64,000 nt of DNA, from the NCBI GenBank assembly GCA_018819405.1, contig JAHJQF010000001.1, forward strand, positions 449,377 through 513,376, given 5' to 3'. A model generated the notes under the pieces. The model was not told the origin of the DNA. It was given only the letters and a program-made list of their open reading frames with translations, and ran no database searches. Shown one piece after another: positions 38,101 to 49,995 of this stretch; position 1 is the stretch's first letter; the number at the start of each line of letters is the position of its first letter. The stretch is from Patescibacteria group bacterium. Its GTDB lineage: Bacteria; Patescibacteriota; Patescibacteriia; UBA1558; GWA2-36-10. The position numbers were made by a program, and so were the translations under genes.

Positions 38101-38475
38101 ATGAAAAACAAAAAAGGTTTTACATTGGTCGAGCTATTAGTCGTCATTGCCATTATCGGCATTTTGTCTACTGTAGCCGTAGTAAATTTGAACTCTGCTC
38201 GTGAAAAAGCAGTAGTTGCTTCAGCCAAAGCTTGGGGCTCATCATTGGGTCCAGCCGTAGTACTTTGTCAGAATGAAGAGGGTAATATTTCAACCTACAC
38301 TGCCGGAGCAGATGTTTGTAGTGCTACTACTGGTAGTTCTTGGCCTTCTGCGCTTCCTCAAGGTTATGCTACAGTTTCCGTTATTGATGCCGCTATTTCG
38401 GATGGTACTTGGGAAATACAGATTATTGGTTCAGGGCATGCCACAGTTACTTGCGATCAGGATGGCTGTATCTAA
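38101..38475 (+). CDS. type IV major pilin (prepilin with GFTLVELLVVIAIIGILS)
   Basis: Class III signal KKGFTLVELLVV..., Glu5; Cys pair near C-terminus; alternative upstream start at 38080. Confidence 0.75.
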   Translation: MKNKKGFTLVELLVVIAIIGILSTVAVVNLNSAREKAVVASAKAWGSSLGPAVVLCQNEEGNISTYTAGADVCSATTGSSWPSALPQGYATVSVIDAAISDGTWEIQIIGSGHATVTCDQDGCI

Positions 38476-38577
38476 TATAAATTAGTTTATAAATTTCCAA
38501 AGAAGCCTATTTATTTAGGCTTCTTTTTGGATATTTGTTTTTTTGTGCTATAATATAGCTGTATAATAAATAAAAAT

Positions 38578-39033
38578 ATGAAAAATAAAAATGTTTTTGG
38601 GTTTACTCTTGTAGAGTTATTAGTTGTGATAGCTATCATTGGTATACTATCAACTGTAGCAGTGGTCAATTTGCAAAGTGCTAGAACCAAAGCAAAAATA
38701 GCAGCTATACAAGCTGCTTCTAGGAGTGTATATGATGCGGCTAGTTATTGCATCAATGTGCAGGAAAATATAAGCTACAATGGTACTAATCCCTGTGTTG
38801 GATTTTCAGCTCCACAACCTTCGCCAGTTACAGCTGGCACGGCTATGTGTACCAATGTTAATTGGCCTCAATTTTCGGATGTAGCCTTAGCTTTGTATTG
38901 CAATAGTGATGTTGGAGCAAATGCCTTCAGAATTGTATTACAAGGTGGAGCGGTCAATGGTTTTCCTTATAATCTCATAATTTGTGATTATAATACTGGC
39001 GGCCCAAATGATAATAAATGTATTACTCAATAA
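38578..39033 (+). CDS. type IV pilin (second major-pilin gene)
   Basis: MKNKNVFGFTLVELLVVIAIIGILS; C-terminal Cys-containing D-region. Confidence 0.75.
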   Translation: MKNKNVFGFTLVELLVVIAIIGILSTVAVVNLQSARTKAKIAAIQAASRSVYDAASYCINVQENISYNGTNPCVGFSAPQPSPVTAGTAMCTNVNWPQFSDVALALYCNSDVGANAFRIVLQGGAVNGFPYNLIICDYNTGGPNDNKCITQ

Positions 39034-39161
39034 TAGCTTCAGCTTTGTATTGCAATAATGGTGTTGGAACAAATGCCTTTAGAATTGTATTACAAGGTGG
39101 AGCGGCCAATGGTTTTCCTTATAATACTGACTTTGGCACAACTGATAATAAATGTATATGA
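39034..39161 (+). pseudogene. promoterless partial copy of the 3' end of pilin gene 38578..39033 (silent pilin cassette?)
   Basis: ~125 nt highly similar to 38884-39033 (agctttgtattgcaata..tgttgga.caaatgcctt.agaattgtattacaaggtggagcgg.caatggttttccttataat) but divergent tail; encodes ALALYCNNGVGTNAFRIVLQGGAANGFPYNTDFGTTDNKCI*. Confidence 0.6.
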
Positions 39162-39173
39162 TATTAATTTGTC

Positions 39174-39605
39174 ATGTTTAAATACAGTACCAGGACAAAA
39201 ATATTTTTAATATTAGCTCTAGTTTCACTAGTGGTTTTGTTGTCTGTAATTACTTTGTATCTAAACAGCAAATCAAGAGATCTAGAATTTGTCTCTCAAC
39301 TGAGACAGTTGGGCAATGGTCTGGAAATATATTATGACCAGTACAATGCTTATCCTACTTTGGCCAAGAGCGAAGTATCTTTGATACAAGGTATTTCAGA
39401 AAATGGCATCAATGTAGCTGGCGATGAAATTTATTTTAGACAGTCTTTTGATTGGATACGAAGCGCTACGCTGGCTAGTAATGGCGAAAATTATATAATA
39501 GAGTTTGAACTAGATAATAGCTGGGACACCTGGCAGATTGATTCTAGAAATGGTGGCCAGTGTCGTATAGGCAACAATCTGGTCATGCGTTGTGTAGATA
39601 AATAA
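39174..39605 (+). CDS. hypothetical membrane-anchored protein in pilus locus
   Basis: N-terminal TM (IFLILALVSLVVLLSVITLY) without the GFTLxE motif. Confidence 0.35.
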   Translation: MFKYSTRTKIFLILALVSLVVLLSVITLYLNSKSRDLEFVSQLRQLGNGLEIYYDQYNAYPTLAKSEVSLIQGISENGINVAGDEIYFRQSFDWIRSATLASNGENYIIEFELDNSWDTWQIDSRNGGQCRIGNNLVMRCVDK

Positions 39606-39648
39606 AAAATAGCCAAAGAGCTATCAAATATGTTATAATAAAGCTACT

Positions 39649-40428
39649 ATGATAGTAGTTTTTGTGTTTATTATCGGGCTTTTTATTGGTAGCTTTTTAA
39701 ATGTCGTGGTTTTTCGTTTGCATAGGCAAGAATCATTTGTCAAAGGAGCATCCAAATGCTTATTTTGTGATCACAGGCTTTATCCCAAAGATTTAGTGCC
39801 ACTTTTTAGCTATTTGTATCTCAAAGGAAGTTGTCGTTATTGTAGACATCGTTTTTCTCCTCAATATCCTTTGGTAGAATTTGTTACAGCTTTAGCTTTT
39901 GTTTTAATTTTTTATCATTTTTTGCCACAGTTCAATTTTTATCATCTAGCAGCTGTTGATATATTGAAAGTTTTAAATTGGTGGGTGATTGTTTCATTTT
40001 TAATAATCATCTTTGTCTATGATTTTAAATATTATCTTATTTTGGATAAAGTTATTTTGCCGGCCGCTTTATTTGCTTTTGTAGCCAATCTATTGTTAGG
40101 TTTTAATCCCTTAAATTTATTGGCCGCAGCTTTGGTAGGTGGTGGTTTTTTTCTTTTTCAATTTGTAGTTTCCAAAGGACGTTGGATAGGAGGAGGCGAT
40201 ATAAGGTTGGGAGCTTTGATGGGTTTTATTTTGGGCTGGCCGCATGTTTTGACCGCCTTATTTTTGGCTTATATATTGGGGAGTATTTTTAGTATATTTT
40301 TGCTCATAAAGGGCAGAAAAGATTGGGGTGACAAGATTCCCTTTGGTACTTTTTTGACCGTGGCTACTTTTGTGGTCATGCTTTATGGTCAAAGTTTGGT
40401 CAATTGGTATTTTTCATTATTTACATAA
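39649..40428 (+). CDS. pilD: prepilin peptidase PilD (A24 family)
   Basis: N-terminal CxxC...CxxC (CLFCDH, CRYCRH), polytopic, conserved GGGD(I/V)RL region GGGDIRLGALMGF. Confidence 0.8.
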   Translation: MIVVFVFIIGLFIGSFLNVVVFRLHRQESFVKGASKCLFCDHRLYPKDLVPLFSYLYLKGSCRYCRHRFSPQYPLVEFVTALAFVLIFYHFLPQFNFYHLAAVDILKVLNWWVIVSFLIIIFVYDFKYYLILDKVILPAALFAFVANLLLGFNPLNLLAAALVGGGFFLFQFVVSKGRWIGGGDIRLGALMGFILGWPHVLTALFLAYILGSIFSIFLLIKGRKDWGDKIPFGTFLTVATFVVMLYGQSLVNWYFSLFT

Positions 40429-40450
40429 TCAAATATTAATTTTTTGTCTT

Positions 40451-41146
40451 ATGTTTAGAAATTTTTTCAAAAAAAATTCTGGCTTTACCTTGATGGAATT
40501 GATGGTGGCTATTGCTGTGATTGCTATTATTTCGGCGGTGTCTGTTTTGTATGTTAGGGGCAATATCAATGATGAGGTAGAGATGTATTCCGAAGCTTTA
40601 GCAGCTGATTTGCGACTAGCCAGAAATATGGCCGTATCTCGTACGGTTTACAATTTTGCAGCCCCATATCCTGCTTTAGGAGAAGTCTATCCACCTGGCG
40701 GATATGGAATATATATTTACAAGCCTAGCAGTGGTAGCTCTTCTTATACTATTTTTGCTGATTCTGGTGTAGATGGCGCAGATGGTGGCACAAGTCCACT
40801 TGGTTATGATTCTGATAAAGATCCGATTATAAAGGAAGTTACTATCACTAATACAGATTTGTATTTAGATGATTATAATGCAGCTGGCATTTCTCATTAT
40901 TTTACTTTTAAATCAGAAAATGAAGTAGACACAAATTTTTCTACTGATACTGAAGGCAACTATGAGCTTCTCTTGCGATATCCTGGCACTGGTTATCCGG
41001 CCAAAGGTTATCAATCTGTGTTTCATTTGGGAGAGGCATCGACTGACTCTTATATTTGGACAAATATTGGTATAGAGTACTCCACTTATAGCCCACCAGC
41101 GCCGCCCCCTGCACCGAGAGATCCAATAGATGAAATTAGTTTATAA
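40451..41146 (+). CDS. minor pilin / pseudopilin
   Basis: MFRNFFKKNSGFTLMELMVAIAVIAII prepilin signal; start moved to internal ATG of track ORF 40370..41146. Confidence 0.6.
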   Translation: MFRNFFKKNSGFTLMELMVAIAVIAIISAVSVLYVRGNINDEVEMYSEALAADLRLARNMAVSRTVYNFAAPYPALGEVYPPGGYGIYIYKPSSGSSSYTIFADSGVDGADGGTSPLGYDSDKDPIIKEVTITNTDLYLDDYNAAGISHYFTFKSENEVDTNFSTDTEGNYELLLRYPGTGYPAKGYQSVFHLGEASTDSYIWTNIGIEYSTYSPPAPPPAPRDPIDEISL

Positions 41147-41155
41147 ATATTTTAC

Positions 41156-41851
41156 GTGTTTAGTCAACATAAAAACCAAATCTTTACTGAGCGCCATTTT
41201 TTTAAAAAAAATAGGGCGGGCTTTACTTTGATAGAGGTGCTTATATCTATTGCTGTTTTAACTATTGGGATTGTCACGGCTCTTGGGCTAGCCATATCCA
41301 ATTTTAATAATAATCGTGATAATTTTTTGAGGGTGACAGGCGCCAATTTAGCTAGAGAGGGTCTAGAGCTTGTCAGAAATGTCAGAGATAGTAATTGGCT
41401 AAAAATTGATTCAAATAATGTTGCCAATTGCGGCAGTACTATTTGTCGTCCGGATGTTGGTCTTTATCAGACTAATCTTTTATATATTGATTATCTTGAT
41501 GATTTGCCAGACTTGATTAGTAGGTCATATAGCTGTAATAATAATTTGATAAATTGCACAACCAATTGCACATCTTGTGTTTTATACAGAAATGCCCAGA
41601 GTTTTTTGGATCATAACAATACTGGATTAGCTACCAATATGAAAAGGTTAATACGCCTACAAAAAATATGTACCGATCCTGGCGAAGTCGATCCACAGGA
41701 CAATGAATATTTGAAAAACATGACCGAAAATTGTAATGCTGGTGACAGCTACATAGGTATGGAGGTGACATCTCACGTCCAGTGGACTAGGAGCAATGGT
41801 TCTTTGGATTATATAGATATTTCAGAAAAACTTTATAATTGGCGTAGATAA
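41156..41851 (+). CDS. minor pilin (PilV-like)
   Basis: RAGFTLIEVLISIAVLTIGI prepilin motif. Confidence 0.55.
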   Translation: MFSQHKNQIFTERHFFKKNRAGFTLIEVLISIAVLTIGIVTALGLAISNFNNNRDNFLRVTGANLAREGLELVRNVRDSNWLKIDSNNVANCGSTICRPDVGLYQTNLLYIDYLDDLPDLISRSYSCNNNLINCTTNCTSCVLYRNAQSFLDHNNTGLATNMKRLIRLQKICTDPGEVDPQDNEYLKNMTENCNAGDSYIGMEVTSHVQWTRSNGSLDYIDISEKLYNWRR

Positions 41852-42516
41852 TGAATATATTTTTTAAAAAAATAAAAAGTCAAAATTCAGGTTTCACCTT
41901 GCTAGAGCTTTTGATTTCGGTTTCAGTTTTTTCTCTGCTTGTTTTGGTGATTGCCATGATATACGCGTCTTTCAATAATAGTCAGTTGCATACCAGAGCC
42001 TCTCAGCAGCTCTTGAACAATAGCCAGTACGCTTTGGAGGTTATGGCTAGAGAAATTAGAAAAGACAAAATTGTAAATTTTAATATTACTGATGTTTGGT
42101 GTGACACAATGCTTAGCAATGGCTTGGGTCTTTTTAGTGATTGTATATTTTTGGAAAGAGAAGACGGTCAAACTGTAGTATTTGCTTTATATAAGGTAGA
42201 TACTCTCAATCCGACGGTACTTAACTTGCGTTATATTTTGTTGGATTGCGATGATGATTATACTAGTTGTGATACCAGTTGGAGTAGTACAAACAATAAC
42301 AGCGCAGTGTTTTTGTCGGGAAAATTAAATAATGTAAATGTATCAGCTCTTGATTTTATTATCAATCCAAGTACAGACCCTTATATTGCAGGAGGAGAGG
42401 ATCTCCAGCCAAAGGTAACTATTCGTTTGGAAACAGAATTTTATAGTACCGTTCCAAATGAGCAGGTCAGTCAGACGCTTCAAACTACTATTTCATCGAG
42501 AATATATGCCAGATAA
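41851..42516 (+). CDS. minor pilin (PilW-like)
   Basis: NSGFTLLELLISVSVFSLLV prepilin motif; start overlaps previous stop. Confidence 0.55.
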   Translation: MNIFFKKIKSQNSGFTLLELLISVSVFSLLVLVIAMIYASFNNSQLHTRASQQLLNNSQYALEVMAREIRKDKIVNFNITDVWCDTMLSNGLGLFSDCIFLEREDGQTVVFALYKVDTLNPTVLNLRYILLDCDDDYTSCDTSWSSTNNNSAVFLSGKLNNVNVSALDFIINPSTDPYIAGGEDLQPKVTIRLETEFYSTVPNEQVSQTLQTTISSRIYAR

Positions 42517-43390
42517 TTTACCAAATTCAAAAATAAAGAAACAAGAAGGCATGGTCTTGATAATGGCTATTATGATTTTGTCTTTGATGATGGCCTCAGT
42601 GGTTTTTCTTAGTCGTATTATCATTGGTGAGGTCAGGATGTCTATCAATACAGGGAATTCTATTTCTTCTTTTTATGCTGCTGAAAGTGGGATAGAAAAA
42701 GGCTTGTATTATATCAAATTTGTTCGTGATTTTAGTAATCTGGATCCTTTTGATAATCTATATCAATATAGTGATTCGGTGGGCAACAATCAAAATTTTG
42801 AGATAGTGCAGGCTAGCTCTAGTAGGCCGACTTTTAATGCTTACAATATCACTACTACTACGCCAGCCCATGTAGATATTATTGACCCGTCAGGGGATAT
42901 TTCAAATATTGATTGGGATCCTTCGGCGGCTATTAGTCATGATTATTCTGTGTCTTGGGGTATTGCAGACTGTTTTCCAACTCATGTTTCTGACAGGTTA
43001 GAAATTACTGTATATTCTTTTGATGAAAATGTTTTTACAGATGATATTAGTAATGCTAGGGCAGATGTAGACAAAAAAGTCGTGCTTTGCAATTGCAGTT
43101 ATGCTTCCAGTCCTGATTGTGACAGTTCCATTAGTTCTTTTCCTATTGCCGATGATAGATTTTATCGTTTCAATTTTAGGGCATTGGACGATACAATAGC
43201 TTATTTGAATTTTGATTTATTAGCTGATTCTGTGTCTATTGGCATACCTTCGGAAATGACAGTGACTTCTCAAGGTTCTTATAAAAATTCACGTTTTAAA
43301 ATAAAAGCAGAAGTACCTGCTTTGGTTCCAGTTTCTGACATATTTAGTTATGTTATTTTCTCCGAAGAAGAAATTTTAAAAAATCTTTAA
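42506..43390 (+). CDS. PilX-like minor pilin
   Basis: EGMVLIMAIMILSLMMASVVFL hydrophobic N-terminus typical of PilX_N; start at ATG 42506 overlapping upstream stop. Confidence 0.5.
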   Translation: MPDNLPNSKIKKQEGMVLIMAIMILSLMMASVVFLSRIIIGEVRMSINTGNSISSFYAAESGIEKGLYYIKFVRDFSNLDPFDNLYQYSDSVGNNQNFEIVQASSSRPTFNAYNITTTTPAHVDIIDPSGDISNIDWDPSAAISHDYSVSWGIADCFPTHVSDRLEITVYSFDENVFTDDISNARADVDKKVVLCNCSYASSPDCDSSISSFPIADDRFYRFNFRALDDTIAYLNFDLLADSVSIGIPSEMTVTSQGSYKNSRFKIKAEVPALVPVSDIFSYVIFSEEEILKNL

Positions 43391-45394
<2,004 letters not shown>

Positions 45395-45464
45395 ATTTAA
45401 AATAATCATGACTACTTTATTTCTTAATACTTTAAATTATAACAATTTTATATATATTTTTTCT

Positions 45465-45524
45465 AATAATTTAAATTTAATTTTTAAGCAAATGCTTAAA
45501 AATTATTTGACAGGGTAAATAAAA
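45465..45524 (+). promoter_or_regulatory. conserved 5' leader element copy C
   Basis: Hairpin aatttttaagc-aaat-gcttaaaaatt (different stem sequence, complementarity kept), then atttgacagggtaaataaaa + ATG 45525. Confidence 0.6.
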
Positions 45525-46106
45525 ATGAGAGAATTAATTATTACTAATATTTATATTTTTGTCTTGGCCACTGTTTTGGCAATTTTGGAAATACAGATTG
45601 AGGGTCCAAACGGCTGGGCAAAAAATTTGCCTACTTGGCGTCCCAAAGGTAATAACTTTTTTATAAGGATTTACAAAAAATTTATGAGTGATAGGGAAGT
45701 GACTGGCTATCATATTACTATGTTTAGTTTTGTATTTTTGATTTTACATTTGCCTTATGTCTTTGGTATGGCTCCTTCTATGTTCAATTGGTTGAGGACT
45801 ATTTCTTTCTTTTTTATTTTTGTGGTTTTATGGGATTTTTTATGGTTTGTGCTCAATCCTTATCATCCTCTCAAGACATTTTCCGGTGATCATATTTGGT
45901 GGCACAAAAAGTGGTTTGCTGGCTTGCCAAGAGATTATTATCTAAGCATTTTATTGTCAGGATTGGTACTTTTGCCTATAGTCTGGCATTATCATACGGT
46001 GGGTATTATCTATTGGTGGTTAATCAATCTGGCTTTATTTATTTTTCAGACTATAATGCTCATTCTATTTACACTATATATATATTACGAATTGACAATT
46101 GGATAA
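45525..46106 (+). CDS. hypothetical polytopic membrane protein
   Basis: Five hydrophobic helices, Trp-rich loops; preceded by leader element copy C. Confidence 0.5.
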   Translation: MRELIITNIYIFVLATVLAILEIQIEGPNGWAKNLPTWRPKGNNFFIRIYKKFMSDREVTGYHITMFSFVFLILHLPYVFGMAPSMFNWLRTISFFFIFVVLWDFLWFVLNPYHPLKTFSGDHIWWHKKWFAGLPRDYYLSILLSGLVLLPIVWHYHTVGIIYWWLINLALFIFQTIMLILFTLYIYYELTIG

Positions 46107-46240
46107 AAAGGTAGACTAATAGCATAGATTTGTTATAAAATGTAAAGACAGGTTTAGAAATTTACAAGACATAATTTTTATAACAAAGTATAATAATAAC
46201 TGGGCTTAGATAATATTTAACAAATTAAATTTTTAACAAG

Positions 46241-46528
46241 GTGAAATTTGAGGAAAAAGATTTGCTTCATTTAGCTGATTTGGCCAAATTGGAGCTCAGT
46301 CCAGAGGAATTAAAGACTTACAATGAGCAGTTGGAAGATATTTTGTCTTATATAGAAAAAGTAAATCAGCTTGATTTGGAAAACATCAAAGAAAGCTTGA
46401 GTGGAGCGGTAGATCTGGACAATGGACCAAGGCCTGATAGGGTAGTGGAGTCTGATAAAAGTATTATTTCTCAGGCTGGTCGTTTGGAAGGTGATTATGT
46501 TTTGGCGCCTAATGTTTTTGAAAAATAA
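46241..46528 (+). CDS. gatC: Asp/Glu-tRNA amidotransferase subunit C (GatC), GTG start
   Basis: LADLAKLELSPEELKTYNEQLEDILSYIEKVNQLD typical GatC; followed by gatA. Confidence 0.75.
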   Translation: MKFEEKDLLHLADLAKLELSPEELKTYNEQLEDILSYIEKVNQLDLENIKESLSGAVDLDNGPRPDRVVESDKSIISQAGRLEGDYVLAPNVFEK

Positions 46529-46546
46529 TATTTCGACAAATTCAAT

Positions 46547-47995
46547 ATGCCTAAGATAAATTTGGATAAACTTACAATAGATAAAATTCGCAAAGGTCTT
46601 GATGCTGGGGATTTTTCTAGTGAAGAAATAACCACAGCCTATTTGGAACAGATCAAAAAAGATGATACCAATTCTTTTATTTCGATAAATGAACAGGCAA
46701 TCAGTGAAGCCAAAGAAGCGGATAAAAAAATAAAGCAAGGTAAAGCCAGTTTATTTACAGGTCTGCCCATTGCTGTCAAAGATGTGATTTTGGTAAAAGG
46801 TAGTCAAACTACAGCCGGTTCCAAGATGCTGGCAGATTATCAGGCTACTTATACAGCGACAGCTATTCAAAAACTACAGAAGCAGTCTGTAGTTATCTTG
46901 GGCAAAACCAACTGTGATGAATTTGCCATGGGTACTTCCAATGAAAATTCTGCTTATGGACCAGTTTTGAATCCACGAGACAAAACCAGGGTGCCTGGTG
47001 GCTCATCTGGTGGTTCAGCGGCGGCTATAGCTGCCAATCTGGCGCCAATATCACTGGGGACAGATACTGGAGGGTCAGTTCGGCAGCCGGCAGCTTTTTG
47101 TGGTGTGGTTGGCCTCAAACCAAGCTATGGTCGGATATCACGCTATGGTTTGATAGCAATGACTTCTTCTTTGGATCAGATTGGGCCGTTTTCCAATACA
47201 GTCAAAGACAGTGCTTATCTTTTGCAAGCTATGGCCGGGTTTGATGAGCTGGATGCTACCAGTTCCAGACAAGAGGCGGATGATTACATTGCTGACATAG
47301 AAAAGGATGTAAAAAGTCTGAGAATCGGAGTTCCTAAAGAATATTTTTCTGATCATCTGGACAAAGAAATAAAACAGGCAATAGAGGCCAAGATAAAAGT
47401 TTTGGAAAAAGAAGGTTTTCAAATTAAGCAAGTAAGCTTGCCTTATACTGATTATGCACTGGCCGCTTACTATCTAATAGTGCCGGCTGAAGTGAGCTCC
47501 AATTTGGCTCGTTATGATGGTATTTTGTATGGCCTTCGTCCTGACAAGGAAATGACACTGGATCATTGGTATAAGACTGTGCGCAGTCAGGGTTTTGGAG
47601 CAGAAGTAAAGAGAAGGATAATACTTGGTACTTTTGTTTTGTCAGCTGGATATTATGATGCTTATTATAAGAAAGCTCAAAAAGTCAGGACTTTGATAAA
47701 AAATGATTTTGCCAAAGCTTTTGATGAGGTGGACGTACTGCTTACACCTGTTACACCGAGCACAGCTTTTAAACTGGGAGAAAAAATAAATGACCCCTTA
47801 TCTTTATATCTGGCAGATATATTTACAGTCGGGGCTAATATCGCTGGTATTTGCGGCTTAGCTATGCCGATTGCTGAAGATAAAGATAATTTACCTATTG
47901 GCCTGCAATTACTAGCTGCTCCTTTTAAGGAATCAAATTTATTTAAATTGGGAAATTATATAGAAAAATTCACCCAGTTAAATAAATTTAAATAA
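46547..47995 (+). CDS. gatA: Glu-tRNA(Gln) amidotransferase subunit A (GatA)
   Basis: Amidase signature GGSSGGSAAAIA, catalytic Ser-cisSer-Lys context. Confidence 0.85.
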   Translation: MPKINLDKLTIDKIRKGLDAGDFSSEEITTAYLEQIKKDDTNSFISINEQAISEAKEADKKIKQGKASLFTGLPIAVKDVILVKGSQTTAGSKMLADYQATYTATAIQKLQKQSVVILGKTNCDEFAMGTSNENSAYGPVLNPRDKTRVPGGSSGGSAAAIAANLAPISLGTDTGGSVRQPAAFCGVVGLKPSYGRISRYGLIAMTSSLDQIGPFSNTVKDSAYLLQAMAGFDELDATSSRQEADDYIADIEKDVKSLRIGVPKEYFSDHLDKEIKQAIEAKIKVLEKEGFQIKQVSLPYTDYALAAYYLIVPAEVSSNLARYDGILYGLRPDKEMTLDHWYKTVRSQGFGAEVKRRIILGTFVLSAGYYDAYYKKAQKVRTLIKNDFAKAFDEVDVLLTPVTPSTAFKLGEKINDPLSLYLADIFTVGANIAGICGLAMPIAEDKDNLPIGLQLLAAPFKESNLFKLGNYIEKFTQLNKFK

Positions 47996-48046
47996 AAATA
48001 AATATTTATATAATCTAGTAGAATAGTATATAATATAGTATAGTCA

Positions 48047-48107
48047 TGATTTAAATTTAAAATTTGAGAAACTCAAATTTTATTTAACTGGGTAAAATTA
48101 AAAATAT
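48047..48107 (+). promoter_or_regulatory. conserved 5' leader element copy D
   Basis: Hairpin aaaatttgag-aaa-ctcaaatttt (compensatory a>g / t>c relative to copy A), then atttaactgggtaaaattaaaaatat + ATG 48108. Confidence 0.6.
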
Positions 48108-48875
48108 ATGGCAACCGGAAAAATAAAAGAAAGGGTAGCTGATGCAGTTGCCCACAGCTACTATAGGCCTTGGTACAAGAGAGGTTGGGTCAAGACAATT
48201 TTTGTTTTATTGATTATCAGTTTTATATTGGCGATTTTTATGGCCATCAAAGTAATTGGTCAGCTATCTCATATCAACAAAGGGGAGATATTTAATCCAG
48301 AGCTAGGCATATGGATGACTGGTGAGGATTATCTAGCTAGTCAAAAATTGGCGGCTGATATTTTGACTGATGATGACCCGTGGTTAGGAGCAGAGGAGCC
48401 AATTGTAAATGTAGTTGTCTACGAATCCTTTGGTTGTCCATTTTGTAAAGAGGATCAGGTCAATATCAAAAGCATGATTGAGAGATTTTCTCCGATTGTA
48501 CGATTTACGGTTCGAGATTTTCCCACAGAAGGAATACATCCGGGAGTTTTTGAGGCTCATCTGGCGGCCAGTTGTGCTTTTGAGCAGGATAGATACTGGG
48601 AGTATGGGGCAAAACTTTTTGAGAATCAAAATGATTTTAAGATAGCTGATTTAAAAACTTATGCCAAAGAACTGAGCTTGGATAGTAAACAGTTTGATGA
48701 ATGTCTGAATAGTCAAAAATATAGTCAGGAGATAAGACAGGATTATGCCGAGGGTGTTGAGTTTGGAGTTGAAGGCACACCTACTTATGTTATAAATGGC
48801 AATATGTTGCCGGGCACTATTTCTTATGATCTCTGGGAGCAAATTATAGGTTATATAGTATCATCACAAAAATAA
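48108..48875 (+). CDS. membrane-anchored DsbA-like thiol-disulfide oxidoreductase
   Basis: N-terminal TM, thioredoxin CxxC FGCPFCKED, DsbA-family length; preceded by leader element copy D. Confidence 0.65.
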   Translation: MATGKIKERVADAVAHSYYRPWYKRGWVKTIFVLLIISFILAIFMAIKVIGQLSHINKGEIFNPELGIWMTGEDYLASQKLAADILTDDDPWLGAEEPIVNVVVYESFGCPFCKEDQVNIKSMIERFSPIVRFTVRDFPTEGIHPGVFEAHLAASCAFEQDRYWEYGAKLFENQNDFKIADLKTYAKELSLDSKQFDECLNSQKYSQEIRQDYAEGVEFGVEGTPTYVINGNMLPGTISYDLWEQIIGYIVSSQK

Positions 48876-48876
48876 A

Positions 48877-49674
48877 ATGTATTTTTGGCAAAATTATTTT
48901 CCTTATCCTATATTAGTATCATTTGGACCGATTAGCATTCGTTTTTATGGTCTGATTTTGGTCATAGCCATAATTTCGGCCAGCTATGTGGCTAGAAAAT
49001 ATTTACTTAAAAAATCCTTAATAAATAAAGAACAGTTTGAAGACTTGGCTTTTTGGTTGATAATTTTTGGATTATTTGGTGCTCGTTTTGGGCATGTTGT
49101 TTTTTTTAATTTTTCTTATTATTTACAAAATCCTCAGGATATTATCAAAGTGTGGCATGGCGGATTGTCTATACAAGGAGCATTACTTTTTGGCTTGATG
49201 ACAGCTGTTTTTTGGGCCAGAAAAAACAAAATAAGTTTTTGGCAACTGACTGATGCAGTGGTGCCAGCTGTAGCTCTAGGACAATCTTTTGGCCGTTGGG
49301 GGAATTTTTTTAATCAAGAGCTTTATGGACAACCTGTTTCTTGGGGTATAGCTATAGCTAGAGTAAACAGAGTGATTGGTTATGAATATTTTAATTATTT
49401 TCATCCAGCTTTTTTGTACGAATTTATTTTAAATCTTTGTTTATTTTTTGTCCTACGTTATTTTCTTTGGAAAAAAAGATTTAAAAAAGGTACTGTTACG
49501 CTCCTTTATTTTGCTGGTTATTTTGTGATTAGATTTTTTATGGAGTTTGTCCGTATTGATGAAACACCGGTTGTTTTTGGAATGCGTCTCCCGCAGATGA
49601 TTAGTTTGTGGGGTTTTATTTTTGTATTATTTTTTGTTTATTATATACATATTGATAAAAGAAATAGGGTATGA
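48877..49674 (+). CDS. lgt: prolipoprotein diacylglyceryl transferase Lgt
   Basis: WHGGLSIQGALLFG, GRWGNFFNQELYG signature. Confidence 0.8.
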   Translation: MYFWQNYFPYPILVSFGPISIRFYGLILVIAIISASYVARKYLLKKSLINKEQFEDLAFWLIIFGLFGARFGHVVFFNFSYYLQNPQDIIKVWHGGLSIQGALLFGLMTAVFWARKNKISFWQLTDAVVPAVALGQSFGRWGNFFNQELYGQPVSWGIAIARVNRVIGYEYFNYFHPAFLYEFILNLCLFFVLRYFLWKKRFKKGTVTLLYFAGYFVIRFFMEFVRIDETPVVFGMRLPQMISLWGFIFVLFFVYYIHIDKRNRV

Positions 49675-49747
49675 TAAGCTAAAATAGCTAATAATTAAGA
49701 GTATTTTGTTTAATTTTTATATAGACAAAATACAGAAAGTCATCTAG

Positions 49748-49936
49748 ATGGACGACCAACAAAATTTCGGTCAAGGACCGAAGGTTCAAGGAAACTGGCA
49801 ATGTTCTGACTGCGGTACTGAGATTACTCAATTGCCATTTGAACCAGATGGTGATAGACCAATCTTCTGCAGAGATTGCTATCGCAAAAACAAACCACCA
49901 AGAAAAGATTTTGGAAGAGATAATAGAAGATTTTAA
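49748..49936 (+). CDS. small zinc-ribbon protein
   Basis: CSDCG...(17)...CRDCY. Confidence 0.45.
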   Translation: MDDQQNFGQGPKVQGNWQCSDCGTEITQLPFEPDGDRPIFCRDCYRKNKPPRKDFGRDNRRF

Positions 49937-49954
49937 AATATTTTGGTGAAAAAG

Positions 49955-49985
49955 AAAAAGTCCCTGACAAGGGACTTTTTCTTTT
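49955..49985. terminator. bidirectional terminator
   Basis: aaaagtccc-tgacaa-gggactttt flanked by A/T runs between convergent genes. Confidence 0.7.
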
Positions 49986-49995
49986 TAAGAGAATA

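Noticed and set aside
46220-46243. Leader-like motif ttttaacaagGTGaaa overlapping the gatC GTG start
   Set aside because: Resembles the TTTAAC-N-GGGTAAA part of the leader element but the start codon sits where GGG would be and no hairpin precedes it; probably coincidence in AT-rich sequence
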